Shown here: in pieces, positions 22,464 to 36,397 of the stretch
How positions within the stretch are numbered: position 1 is the stretch's first letter
Layout of the letters: every line of letters starts with the position of its first letter
Origin: Malacoraja senta
Lineage: Eukaryota
DNA length: 64,000 bases
Reading direction: 5' to 3'
NCBI GenBank assembly: GCA_038087875.1
Contig: CM075993.1
Location: forward strand, 6,636,001 to 6,700,000
The notes under the pieces: model-generated
Seen by the model: only the letters and a program-made list of their open reading frames with translations
Told to the model about the DNA's origin: nothing
Databases searched by the model: none
Position numbers and translations under genes: made by a program

Positions 22464-24441
22464 TAGCTTGTAAACCTATGTATGATAATCTCACCCTGCC
22501 TGTTATGGTGGTTTTATCTGCTTGACTGTTGATATTTGTTCCAGGTGGATATGACATTAGACTTTAGAGATACAGCACGGAAACAGGCCCTTCGGCCCAC
22601 CGAGTCCACCCCATACGCTAGCACTATCCTACACACACGAGGGACAATTAACTTACAAACCTGCACATCTTTGGAGTGTGGGAGGAAACCGGAGCACCCG
22701 GAGAAAACCCACGCAGGTCACGGGGAGAACGTACAAACTTGGTACAGACAGCACCCGTGGTCAGGATCGAACCCAGCTCACTGGCTCTGTAAGGCAGCAA
22801 CTCTACCGCTGCGCCACCATGCCGCTCCTCTCACTGGGAGTACTAATGGGTGTATGTCAAGAACCAGCCATTGTTATGCTTTCAAGAGAGAGTTAGATAG
22901 AGCTCCTAAAGATAGTGGAGTCAAGGGATATGGGTTAGAAGGCAGGAACGGGGTACTGATTGTGGATGATCAGCCAAGAACACAGTGAATGGAAGTGCTG
23001 GCTCGAAGGGCCGAATGGCCTACTCCTGCACCTATTGGGGTGGTTGTGGAGGCAGATACGATAGGTGGTGGTTTTAGAGACTTTTGGATAGGCACGTGGA
23101 TATGCAGGGAATGGAGAGATAAGGTTAGTGTGCAGCAGATGGTTGTGGCATCTCGTTAGTACTGACATTGTGGGCTGAAAGTCCTGTTCTTGTGCTGAAC
23201 TTGGCTTTAGTTTTTAGAGATACATCGTGGAAACAGGCCCTTTGGCCCACTGAAAACACCCTGACCATCGATCGCCCATACACTAGTTCTATGCTGTACA
23301 CTAGGGACAATTTACAGAAGCCAATAAACTTACAAACCTGCATGTCTTTAGGATGTGGGAGGAAACTGGAGCACCTGGAGAAAACCCACGTGGTCACAGG
23401 GAGAATGTACAAACTCCGTACAGACGGCACCGGTAGTCAGGATCGAACCCGGGTCTCTTGTGCTGCAAGGCAGCAACTCTACCGCTGCACCGCTGTGCCT
23501 GAGAGAAGGCACTTGCCATAATCAGGAGGAGGTAGCCTTTACCTGCACCCATAGTCAGGCTCTCTGGCATGTAAGGCAATATCTCCACTGCTGCACCACT
23601 GTGCCACACGCACTGTTCTATGTTCTACCTTTAGAAGACCCAACACAGGCAGTGGAGAGGGTGAGATACAAAGATGGCAATTGAACCTTGAAGGTAGACA
23701 AAAATGCTGGAGAAACTCAGCGGGCGAGGCAGCATCTATGGAGTGAAGGAAATAGGCAACGTTTCGAAGGTCAAAACCCTTCTTCAGACAGATCCTTGAA
23801 GATTAGACTGAGTTGGAAGACAGGCCAAGAACCATTTTGAGCATCATATTTTCAACAGCGTACATCGTAGTGAAGTTAAGCTGACTCGCTTCCATTTTGA
23901 CTAAAAGAAAAACCCAATTTCAGTTGGACAATATTTTATTTCTTTCCTCTTAGTGTGATACACAGTGATGTGAATATGAAAAGACTTGAGTTCGAGGGAT
24001 GTGCATTTTAAGTACCACAATTATTAACGTAGCCAATACATTGAAAACCAAACTTCTTTATAATGAAACCATTACAACGAAACCCCCTTCATTAGGAAGC
24101 ATGCTTTACAATGAAACCTTATCATAAAATTCCTTTTTGAATGAAATTTCTTTCATAACTGAACTCCCCTTGATAATTAAACTCCCAAATAGTGAAACAT
24201 TTCAAAAACCCCAGTGAAATGTGTGAATTATTTAATTCTTCAAATAATGAACAAACCATGAAATTACTGTTTTAATGCTTCCTTAAAGGGGGTTCCACTG
24301 TATTTCAATTATATGAGCAGGAATATTCTAAACAATATTAATGTAACATAAAGTTGTTTTGTTCAGATAGCGGTCAATGCTAACATTGGACAAATGTGAA
24401 ATGCTTCTTTTCACCCCCACACCAAACCCGATTTTTAAATA

Positions 24442-25148
24442 CAAACTACCCTTGTTATTACCGGCCTCTTTATAATGGGTTTCGGTTATAGCGGTCCCCA
24501 CAGTAATCAGACACATTGCCTCTTTAAGAACTGCTAGTTACACTGCGGGAGGCCATTGACATTGGCAAGTGATTGCTTCAATAGACATTTGAGCAATGGT
24601 ACTCTGTTAAACCATATTTTTAGTTTATTTTTTAGTTTTAGAGATACAGCGCAGAAACAGGCCCTTCGGCCCACCGAGTCCGCAGTGGCCCCGCACATTA
24701 AGACTATCCTACACACACTGGGGACAATTTTACACATACACCAAGCCAATTAACCTACAAACCTGCACGTCTTTGGAGTGTGGGAGGAAACCGAAGATCT
24801 CAGTGAAAACCCATGCAGGTCACGGGGAGAACGTACAAACTCCGTACAGACAGCATCTGTAGTCGGGATCAAACCCGGGTATCTGGCGCTGTAAGGCAGC
24901 AGCTCTATCGCTGCGCCATGATGCCGCCCTGCAACAAACCTCCTGTAGTATTTTTAGCTTTAAAACTAAAGCTAATGTTTTTATCTTTCGTTTTAGCTGT
25001 TCAAAAGAACGTTGTATTTGAAAACATACCAGAGTGATTGGAGCGAACCTCTTTAGTTATAGCGGACAGTCGGCAATAACAGACACCATTTCCCCCCCCC
25101 TCCCCCCCCTTCCACCTTCTTCCGGTCCGTTATAACAAGGGTTATCGA
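24442..25148. mobile_element. Old Tigger-like DNA transposon split by a SINE
   Basis: Degenerate inverted ends CCCTTGTTATTACCGGCC / GGTCCGTTATAACAAGGG and internal GTTATAGCGG repeats. Confidence 0.45.
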
Positions 25149-28100
25149 TATTCCCAAATACCCTGAATGTAATAAGAATCAGTATAACGTGTGGTACATT
25201 TGGTAAGTACCATGCGATTGCTTGTCACTATTCCAAGTGCACAATACAGTTGGGTTGTTCCTTCAGGAACGAGGTGAGAAGGAATTTCTTTAATCAAAGA
25301 GTGGTGAATCTATGGATTTTTTTGCCCCATATCCCTCCAAAGCTGTCCTATCCGTGTATCTGTCTAACTGGGGTGGGAGATTGCAACCTTCACGTGGTCC
25401 ACCCTGTTTCGACCAATGCAATCCACCCGACGTGCACAAACATACAAGATCAAATAGAACAAGCTGACCTACAACTTTAGGCTGCGCATGCCATACGCAA
25501 GAAGAAGTTCTGTCTAACTGTTTCTTGAACTCCCTACACCCTACGAGCGATTTACAGAGGCCCTTTAACCTACGACCCCTACATCCTTTGAGAGGTGGGA
25601 GGAAACCGGAGCACATGGGGTAAAGAATGCACCCATTCCTTCTCTCCGGAGATGCTGCCTGTCCTGCCGAGTTACTCCAGCATTTTGTGTCTACCTCCGA
25701 TTTAAACCAGCATCTGCAGTTCTGTCCTGCACATGGAGTAAATCTACGCAGTCACATGGAGAGCGTGCCAACTCCACACAGACAGGATCGAACCGGGGTC
25801 TCTGGCGCTGTGAGGCAGCGGCTCTACCGCTGCCTCAAGATGGCGCCACTGTGCCGCCATCTTGGTAAACTTCCTGAACGTACAAAGGTAGATTCCTGGG
25901 GCTAAAATTGCGTACTTATGAAGCTCAGACTCTGGATTGTTAAGAGGCCATGAACATTGTAAAGTTGGAGGAGCAATCTCCATCATTACTCGTATATAAT
26001 TCTGTCCACGGATCTTCTCACTTAAGTTGGGAAGGCACTAGATACAGGACCATGCCAGTGAGGAGCAGATGACAGGCCAACCCATGTGACAAATTCTGTC
26101 TAATTTAGTTTGTAAACAATAGACAATAGGTGCAGGAGTAGGCCATTCGGCCCTTCGAGCCATGATTCAATGTGATCATGGCTGATCATCCACAATCATT
26201 ACCCCATTCCTGCCTTCTCTCCATTTCCCTTAACTCCTTAACTTGTAGCCCTAGTAGCCCTTCGGCCCACCGAGTCCGCACCGACCAGCGATCCCCGCAC
26301 ACTAACACTCTCCTACACACACGAGGGACAATTTTATATTTACGCCAACCCAATTAACCTACAAACCTGTACGTCTTTGGAGGGTGGGAGGAAACCAAAG
26401 ACCTCGACGAAAACCCTAGCAGGTTACGGGTAGAACGTAAAAACTCTGTACAGACAGCACCCGTAGTCAGGATCGAACCGGGGTCTCTGGCGCTGTAAGG
26501 CATAACCCTATGGCCGCACCACCCAGAAGTCCATAACTTGATATTGTTCATAAGTCAGAAGATACACAAAATTGAGATGCTGGGATAACCATACCTCCAT
26601 AATATTGTAATGAGTAACCTCAGAGGCACTTAATTCTGATGAGAAAGAACTATTACTCAAGGTGGAATGAGAGCCAAATCTGGCAACTGTATACTGTCTC
26701 AGTGTGCTACTTCTATAAGTTGCATTGTACCTGAGATGCTTATGTAAGATGTATGCACGTGCTTATGTATAGTGATACTTGTCCGGAACTGTGTACAAAT
26801 AAAAATTAATTTCACTGTACCTCGGTACCTGTGACCAATAAAGTACCATTGAATCTATGGGAGACATGAAACTAGTTCAGCCCTTCATCGGAACGAACAT
26901 GTACATACTTTGGCGTTTTGAATTTGATACTATCATGGGAGCTCACTTGAACGTAGGGAGATTATAATGCGGGGCGGTCTGTGAGGGCCTTTGTAGACTC
27001 CATCTACACCTCACGCTGCCTCGGCAAGGCCAGCAGCATAATCACGGACCAGTCCCCACCCCGGCCACTCCCTCTTCTCCCCTCTTCCATCAGGCAAGAG
27101 GTTCAGAAGTGTGAAAGCGCACACCTCCTGATTCAGAGACAATTTCTTCCCCGCTGTTATCAGGCAGCTGAACCGTCCTACCACCAACTAGAGAGTGGCC
27201 CTGACCTCCCACCTCCCACCTTCTCCATTGGAGACCTTTGAACGATATCTAATTGGACTTTATCAGACTTCAGTGTTATATCTTTGAACTAAAATGTTGT
27301 TCCCTTCATCCTCTATACGTACACTGTAAACGACTTGTTTAACAAAGGACTGCAGATGCTGGAAAAATCGAAGGTAGACAAAAAAGCTGGAGAAACTCAG
27401 CGGTCGAGGCAGCATCTATGGAGCGAAGGAATAGGCGACGGTTAGGGTCGAGACCCTTCTTCAGACTGATGTCGGGGGAGGGGGGGCGGGAAAAAGACTG
27501 TACACGGCTTGATTGTATTTGCGTGTAATCTTTTTGCTGATTGGATAACACGTGAACAAAAGCTTTTCACTGTACCTCGGGGCACGTGACAATAATAAAC
27601 TAAACTGCACTAATTCTTCCCACTACCTCCTCAGCCTTAGCCCTTTTCCACCAGATCCACCTACACCTCACTATAACTTCCCGCACTCACTTATCCCAGT
27701 CACACACCCCCTCCAAGAATCAACTCCATCTCACCCCAACAGAAGTCTTTAATGTTTCATTCAATGCTGGCAGCAAGACTTGTCACTATGGCTGCCCGCA
27801 CACTGTCTGCCCACAGGATCAACTATATACAAAACATCTCCCTTTGTCCTGTGCAGCGCCACCTGCTGCACGGGAGGAGGAACGGGTCGTCCCACCCCAC
27901 ACAGTCCACCAAACATCACACACCCCCTCCAAGAATCAACTCCATCTCACCCCACTTTCCTTCTCTCTCCTCATACACACCAAAGCTCAGTTAAATCGAG
28001 CGCTCTATTTAACTGCTCATCTTCCGCATGAGAAATACAGTGGTCAAGGTGACCGACTATAACCGAAAGCAACTGAGAGTTCCATCAACAATCTACATCC

Positions 28101-30616
28101 AGCCAACAGGTGTCGCCCTGATTCACTGCCTCCTACCACTGCCTCACTAGCTCCAGCAACCCATGTTCAATCCTGCTCTCCGGTGCTGTCTGTGTGGAGT
28201 TTGCGTGTGGTCCCTCAGGGTTTCCTCCCACACTCCAAAGATGGTATGAATGGCATATTAAATGGCAGCTGTACATTGCCCCTGGCATGCAGGAGATTAG
28301 TGGGAGGTGCAGGGAAGGGAGGGAGAGTAAAGTGGGATGAGTGTAGGATTAGTGTACATGGGTGGGTTCAGTTGCCTTAGGGACCGTTTCCAAGGTCAGC
28401 CTCACTGTCTCCCTTTTATTGCTGCCAATTCTAGTCCAGAGATAGACACAAAATGCTGGAGTAACTCAGCGGGACAGACAGCGTCTCTGGAGAACATGGA
28501 TAGGTGAAATTTTGGGTCGGGTTTGAAGAAGGGTCCTGACCCAAAACATCAGAGGCACAGAGATAAGGAAGGCAAGGTGTGAAAACGAGACATAGCTTCC
28601 TGTTATGTCCCATTTTCACACCTTACCCTTCCTTATCTCCGTGTCACCCTCTCCCCTGATTCTCAGTCTGGGGAAGAAGGGTCTTGACCTGAAACGTCAC
28701 CCATTCCTTCGCTCCAGAGATGCTGCCTGACCCGCTGAGTTACTCCAGCATTTTGTGTCTATCTTCGAGTCCAGAGAGTTTTGATCAGAGCAGGAGAGGT
28801 CACAGAGAGGGAGTGCTCATATTGATAACACAATCATGACTCAGTTAGTCCATAACTTGTCAAACAAAGGCGAAAGAGTCTATTCATCGGCAACAGGCAA
28901 TGTTGTATGGGTTCAATTAACCCCTTCTAAATACTTTATAAATATTCTTTCAGTCAGAGTAATGGTTTCTCATTAAATTGAGGCAATAGTTTTTTTTAAA
29001 TAATAATGAATTGAACTAACGCAAGAATGGGCACAAAGTGCTGGAGTAACTCAGCGGGTCAGGCAGCATCTCTGGAGAACATGGATAGTTACTCCAGCAC
29101 TTTGTGTCCTTTTGTGTAAACCAGCATCAGCAGTTCCTTGTTTCCACAAGGATGACTGGATGTACCTGTACAAGAATGTGTTTGCTAACGTTTTCATCCA
29201 GAGGTCACAAGTTCACAAGTTATAGAAGTAGAATTAGTCCATTCGGCCCAACGAGTCCATTCGGCCATGGCTGATCTCTGCCCCCTTATCCCGTTTTCCT
29301 GCCTTCTCCCCATAACCCTTGACACCCGTTCTAATCAAGAATTTGTCTATCTCTGCCTTAAAAATACCCACTGACGGCCTCCACAGCCCTCTGTGGCAAT
29401 GAGTTCCACAGATTAACTACCCTCTGACTAAAGAAGTTCCTCCTCACCTCCTTTCTAAAAGAGCACCCTTTAATTCTGAGACTACGATCTCTGGTCCGAG
29501 ACTCTCCCACCAGTGGAAGCATCCTCTCCACATCCAGGTGAGGCTGAGAGTTCCCAGAACTTCTATTCTGTGAGATATTTCAAATGAATCAAAGAGGCAG
29601 GCAGTGGATGGTGATCCATATAATGCAGCCCGGAGCTACGTGTATTAGTTCATAAGAGATAGAAGCAAACGTGGGCCATTCGGCCCATCAAGTCTACTCC
29701 ACCATTCAATCATGGCTGATCTATCTCTCCCTCCTAACCCCATTCTCCTGCCTTCTCCCCATAACCCCTGACACCCGTACCCATCAAAATACCTACATCA
29801 ACTTTAGCTCTACGGAAAAACTTCCAGCTGATGCAGGCTATTAAAGTCCCAAATATTACAACGTTATCAGTGCCATTATTTTTAGAATTTCATTTCCATG
29901 TACGTCAGTGCAACCTTCTGCGTCTAAACTTACGGATGACTTCATCTGATTCAAAGTACTGTAAGACTGACCATGATACAGAAATGCAAAGAACGACTAG
30001 CACCCATTAGAAGTGACTTTAAGGAGCAGCGATAGCATTATCTGCAATTTATTCATGCAGTAAAAGTCAAATCAATGCAAAGTATAACCTTTTAGAATTC
30101 ACCCAAGATAACTTTGAAAAGTAAAGCAATTGAATATAGCTGTGCTAACTGCATTGCTGAATCTTACTTGTCCTGCCAAACCGAGAGTATTGCGTGCAAT
30201 TCTTGTCACCGCGTTACAGGATGGAGGTGGAGGTTTTGGAGAGGGTGTAGAAGAGGTTTACCAGAATGCTGCCTTGGTCAGAGGGTGCAACTCTACCAGC
30301 TGCACCACCATGCCACCCACTGTGTGTGAGTGTGTCTGTGAGTGTCGTTTTCCAGCTGTTATCGTGCAACCGAACCATCTTGTCGAATACTATAGACTGG
30401 TCCTGAGCTACCATCCACCTCACTGGAGACCCTCGGACTATCTTTAATTGGACTTTACAGTACTTTATCTTGCACTAAATGTTATTCCCTTTATAATGTA
30501 CCCCATATAACTTGGATGGCTCGATTGTAAACATGTGTTGTCTTTCCGCTGACTGGTTAGCACGCAAAAAAACGTTTCACTGTACCTCGGTACACGTGGC
30601 AATAAACTAAACTAAA

Positions 30617-30666
30617 ATGTGTGTATGTGTACATATGCATGTGAGTGTACGTGTGTGTGTGTGTGT

Positions 30667-30722
<56 letters not shown>

Positions 30723-30740
30723 ATGTGTATGTGTGTGTGT

Positions 30741-30779
<39 letters not shown>

Positions 30780-30940
30780 CATGTGTATGTGTGTGTGTTT
30801 ATGTGTGTGTATATGAGTGTATGTGTGAGTATATGTGTGTGTATGTGTGTGTGTGTATGTGAGTGTATGTGTGTGTGTATGTGTATGTGTGTGTGTATGT
30901 GAGTGTATGTGTGTGTGCGTGTGTTTGTGTGTATGTACAT
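30617..30940. repeat. Imperfect (TG)n/(CA)n microsatellite, ~320 bp
   Basis: Direct inspection; source of the spurious HT/CV ORFs. Confidence 0.97.
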
Positions 30941-32419
30941 ATATGAGCATATAAGCGTACACCAATGATGGGGTGTAGATGTATATGAAGAATTGTTCAC
31001 CCTTGCCTTGTTGTGAGTCTCAGTTCTAAAACACCAGAACTGATGGTAAGGAAAAGACAAAACCGCTTCAGTTCAAAACCCTGCTTCAAATATAATGGAT
31101 AAAGTACGTGGTATCTTCGACCTGCTGCTATAAGGAGTTCTCTTTACAATGGTCTTTATCTAACAACACAAAGCAATGGTGGATACTTGGGATTAGATGG
31201 AAGTTGCATGGGCAGTACACATGGACCAATGTGGGATAGACACAAAATGCTGGAGTAACTCAGCTGGACAGGCAGCATCACTGGGGAGAAGGAACAGGTG
31301 ACGTTTCGGGTCTAAACCCTTCTTCAGACTGGGAGTCAGAGGAGACGAAGACATAGAGATATGGAAGGGTGAGGTGTGAAAACACAGATCAAAGGGGACG
31401 AAGTTCAAGGAAAATGTAGAATGGTTATTTGTTGGCTGAAGAAGTGACAACGAGGCATACAACCTGTAAAATGTAATCAGACAATAGACAATAGGTGCAG
31501 GAGTAGGCCATCCGGCCCTTCGAGCCAGCACCGCCATTCAATGTGATCATGGCTGATCATCCCCAATCAGTACCCCGTTCCTGCCTTCTCCCCATATCCC
31601 CTGACTCCCCTATCTTTAAGAGCCCTATCTAGCTCTCTCTTGAAAGCATCCAGAGAACCGGCCTCCACCGCCCTCTGAGGCAGAGAATTCCACAGACTCA
31701 CCACACTCTGTGACTTCGGGTCGAGACCCTTCAGACTGGTTAGGGATAAAGGAAACGAGAGATATAGGCGATGATGTAGAGAGATAAAGAACAATGAATG
31801 AAAGATATGCAAAAAAGTAACGATGATAAAGGAAACAGGCCATTGTTAGCTGTTTGTTAGATGAAAATGAATAGCTAATGCGATGGGTGGGGGAGGGATA
31901 GAGAGAGAGGGAATGCCGGGGCTACCTGAAGTTAGAGGAATCAATATTCATACCGCTGGGTTGCAAGCTGCACAAGCGAAATCGTGATCAGACAGTGATC
32001 AGTCTGAAGAAGGGTTTCGACCCGAAACGTTGCCTATTTCCTTCGCTCCATAGATGCTGCCGCACCCTCTGAGTTTCTCCAGCACTTTTGTCTACCAAGC
32101 GAAATATGAGATGGGAGTTGTGTAATTTCCCCGGGGCAGTAGAGGGCGCTGTTGTGGTGTAGAAGGGAAAGCAGAGGATGCTATGCCAAGTCAAACTGTG
32201 ACACCAGACCTGAATTGGATCAGGCTGACCTGACCCAGGCTATCAGGAATTACATTATACCACTCCACATTTTGGTTCACCACAACAAGCACAATCAAAG
32301 TGTTTCGAATCAAGAAAGGATTTAATCGGGTAGATCCAGAGAAACTAAAATCCTCAGATAGACATAAAAAGCTGGAGTAACTCAGCGGGACGATTTAAAC
32401 CAGCATCTGTAGTTCCTTA

Positions 32420-32990
32420 CTTTCCCCTGCAACCGCAGGAGATGCAACATGTCCCTTCCCCCCCCCCCCCCTCCCCTCCCCCCCCTCGACTCCATCCAAG
32501 GACCCAAACAGTCTTTCCAGGTGAGGGATAGGTTCACTTGCACCTCCTCCAACCTCATCTACTGTATCCGCTGTTCCAGGTGTCAACTTCTCCACATCGG
32601 CGAGACCAAGTGCAGGCTCGGCCATCGTTTCACTGAACACCTCCGCTCAGTCCGCCTTAACCAACCTGATCTCCCGGTTGCTCAGCACTTCAACTCCCCC
32701 TCCCATTCCCAATCTGGCCTTTCTGTCCTGGGCCTCCTCCATTGTCAGAGTGAGGCCCACCCAGAGTGAGACCCTCCGTACAGACAGCACCCGTGGTCAG
32801 GATTGAACCTGGGCCTCTGGCGCTGTAAGCTCTTCCTTTATCATCATTACTTTTTTGCACATCTTTCATTCATTTGTTCTCGGTATCTTTATATCACCGT
32901 CTATATCTCTTGTTTCCCTTTCCCCTCTCTCAGTCTGAAGAAGGGTCTAGACCCGAAACGTCACCCATTCCTTCTCTCCAGTGATGCTGG
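32420..32990 (+). mobile_element. Penelope-like retroelement remnant: GIY-YIG endonuclease fragment, 3' UTR and hammerhead-like core, interrupted by a SINE piece
   Basis: FTCTSSNLIYCIRCSRCQLLHIGETKCRLGHRFTEH is a Cys-rich GIY-YIG signature; downstream CTGAAGA-A-GGGT-CTAG-ACCC-GAAACGTC at 32935-32962. Confidence 0.85.
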
Positions 32991-35611
32991 GTAGGCTATT
33001 TAGAACTGAGATGAGGAAAACCCTTTTCACCCAGAGAGTTGTGAATTTGTGGAATTCTCTGCCCTCAGAAGGCAGTGGAGGTCGATTCACTGGATGCATT
33101 CAAAAGAGAGTTAGATAGAGCTCTTAGGGCTAGCGGAATCAAGGGATATGGGGAGAAGGTACTAATTGTGGATGATCAGCCATGATCACATTGAATGGTG
33201 GTGCTGGCTCAAATGCCTACTCCTGCACCTATTTTCTATGTATCTATGTATGCTTTCTTAACATTCTGAGTTACTCCAGCTTTTTGTGTCTAACTTCAGT
33301 TTAAACCAGCATCTGCAGTTCCTTCCTGCACAATAGAGCAGTTTTAATCTTTTCAGTACCGGTGATTAATTGAATAAAAGCTGCTTGTTAATGGAAACAA
33401 GTAAAAGATCTGCAGTCTTCATGATGACAAATTGTAAAATGACAGATTGATCATTTCAAAACCTTAAAGGTCATCATTTAGTTTAGTTTAGTTTAGAGAT
33501 ACAGCACGGAATCAATCCCTTCGGCCCACCGAGTCCACATCGACCAGCGATCCCGCATATTAACATTATCCTACACACACTAGGGACAATTTTTACATTT
33601 ATACCAAGCCAAACTACCTACAAACCTACACGTCTTCATAGTGTGAGAGGAAACCGAAGGACATGTGGAGAACGTACAAACTCCGTACAGACAAGCACGC
33701 AGAGCCAGAATTTAACCCGGGTCTCTGGCGCTGTAAAGCAGCAACTCTACCACTGCGCCACCCTGCAGCCATGTCTTTATTTATGTCTTTCCCACTGTAT
33801 ATTTGTACACTTTGTCAACATTGTTCAATGCAGAACTGCTAAACGCAAGATTGCAGTTGAAAGTGTCGCATCTTGAGAAGCAGCAGCGGTGGGACCCTAA
33901 ATGAGTTCCACACCGGGTTATTTTTACTCTCCCAGGTTCACTCGTTTCTGATCAACTAGGATTCTGTATCAGTGTCAAGGTCAGAAGTGATAGCAACTGA
34001 ATTAGGCCATTGGGCCCATCAAGTCTACTCCGCCATTCAATCATGGCTGATCTATCACTCCCTCCTAACCCCATTCTCGTGCCTTCTCCCCATAACCCCC
34101 GACACCCGTACTAATCAAGAATCTATCTATCTGCCTTAAAAATATCCATCGATTTGGCCTCCACAGCCTTCTGTGGTGAGGAATCCCACAGATTCACCAC
34201 CCTCTGATTAAAGAAACGTCACATCAGGCACGTTAACGGCAGCTCGTGAAACGCCAATGTTCCAATCGCAGCGGTCTATGTTGGGGCAATACCACAGCAG
34301 TGTCTAAGTCCAAATGCTCGCGTCCATTTGGGAAGGGCAGCTACTTCCCAGGATCAATCTCAAGCCATCCGGCCTGTACGTTAAAAGACACAAAGCGCTG
34401 GAGTAACTCCGCGGGTCAGGCAGCATCTCCGGAGAAGATGGATAGGTGACGTTTCAGGTTGGGACCCTTCTTCAGTCTAACTCCATTGCACATGGTCAGA
34501 CACACTGGTTAAATACACTGCTCCAGTGCTCAGTCAGGGCATGTTGCCATTAGCATCACAGGGTTACAATTTCAATCAACACCTCTGGTGTGTCCATATT
34601 AAATTCCTCTGCGTGCAATTTAAGTGACCTCTGAACTTTTACATCTGTCTTCCTATCCGCCTTTTAGTTTAGGGATACAGCATGGAAACAGGCCCTTCAG
34701 CCTACCGAATCCACGCTGACCATCGCTCACCAGTTCACCATAGTTCTATGTTATTCCACTTTTGTTATTCCACTCCCTACGCATTGGGGACCATTTACAG
34801 AGGGCCAATTAACCAACAAACCCACACGTCTGGAATGTGGGAGAAAAACGGAGGACCCAGCGGAAGCCCACGCGGTTACAGGGAGAACGTGTAAACTCCG
34901 CACGGACAGCACCTGAGGTCAGGATCGAACCCGGGTCTCTGGCGCTGTGAGGCAGCGGCACTACCCGTTGCACCACCGTGCCGCTCTGATAGTAGTTGTA
35001 CCAGATCTCAGCTCTGTGAGTAGACATCCTGCTTCAAGAGCCTGGTGTCAGGAGGGCGAGCGATATGTTGGACCATCATGAAGGTAGTCAGGATCTCCAC
35101 AGCTGAGGACGTTGGCCTGGGTCAAGATACTGATGTTGGTTCATTTATCATTCCAGTGAATTGGAGGATTTTGCAGTGACCACTCGTGATATGCTCTCAG
35201 GCCAATTAACCCAGCAAACCCACACATCTTCAGGATGGGGAGGAAACCGGAAACTCCACACACAGACCGAACCCGAGGCCAGGATCGAACCCGCGTCTCT
35301 GGCGCAGTGAGGAGGCAGCTGTACCGCTGTGCCACCTGTGCCACCCTACGGAAGAAACTGGAGCACATAATACACTGCCTGGCATCTTATGAATGGACCA
35401 CCGATTCTCCCATCAGTTCAATGTTGAAGAAAGGAACTGCAGATGCTGGTTTAAACCGAAGATAGACGCAAAAAGATGGAGTAACTCAGCGGGACAGGCA
35501 GCATCTCTGGAGAGAAGGAATGGGTGATGTTTCGTGTCGAGACCCAAGGGTCTCGACACGAAACGTCACCCATTCCTTCTCTCCAGAGATGCTGCCTGTC
35601 CCGCTGAGTTA

Positions 35612-35846
35612 AGGGCCTGTCCCACTTCACGACCTAATTCGTGACCTCTGCCATGCTGCCCTTGACTCATACTCGCAGCATGGTCATCACTAGGTCGTAG
35701 GAGGTCATAGGAGGTCGTAGGTAGGAGGTGATGCTAGTCGTAGGTACTCGTGGCATCAAGTAGGTCGGGGCGTTTTTCTAGCCCTATGAAAAATGTCCAC
35801 GAGTAAAAAAGGTTGTGAAATAGGTCGTGAAAGTGGAACAGGCCCT
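35612..35846. mobile_element. PIF/Harbinger-type MITE (235 bp)
   Basis: TIR AGGGCCTGTCCCACTT; exact TTA TSD (35609-35611, 35847-35849) splitting the host consensus gctgag-TTA-ctcca. Confidence 0.9.
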
Positions 35847-36397
35847 TTACTCCATCTTTTTGTGTCTATCCCCTATCAGCTTAAGTCTGTACTGCTCACT
35901 ACTAGGACCTGGGTCCAAAGTACCCAAAGAAATCAGTTCATCAGCCGTAACAAACTGAACAAATATCCAGCAAATCTCAGCTGGTCCTGTCCCACCGAGA
36001 AGTATACATTGGAGTAAACGTCCCCATTATTGCCCTTGCCCCTCATTGATCCCCTGGGAACGATGCGGAAACGAAATGGGGACGGGAAAGGATCACGTAG
36101 GAAATCGATCCAATTTTCATCCTGCTCTACAGATCAGGAGGGATCCATTATTCATTTGTTATCCTCCCCATAAACCAACTGAAGGAGATGGTGCAATACG
36201 TTATTTAGGGATGGTGCATTTACATCAGAGAGTGTGGTTGGGGACTGTAATGTCCACCAATACTACATGCTGTAAAGAAGAAACGCACTTGGAGAAGAGG
36301 CAAGGATGTACCTGCAAGGGGTATCATTCTGCAAAGGGAGGGGGTTCATGCTACAGCTTGAACCAGGGCACCCTAATCAGTGAGCAATAGCAAGCCT

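Noticed and set aside
27700..27954. CRISPR-like repeat-spacer unit or other prokaryotic system
   Set aside because: Only two repeats with a 177-bp spacer, no cas genes, and vertebrate exon-intron context.
30557..31060. His/Thr- and Cys/Val-rich ORFs
   Set aside because: Translations of the (TG)n microsatellite.
28410..33790. Minus-strand AATAAA candidates for the ALPK3 3' end (about 28416, 30048, 33777)
   Set aside because: Several equally plausible sites; cannot choose without transcript data.
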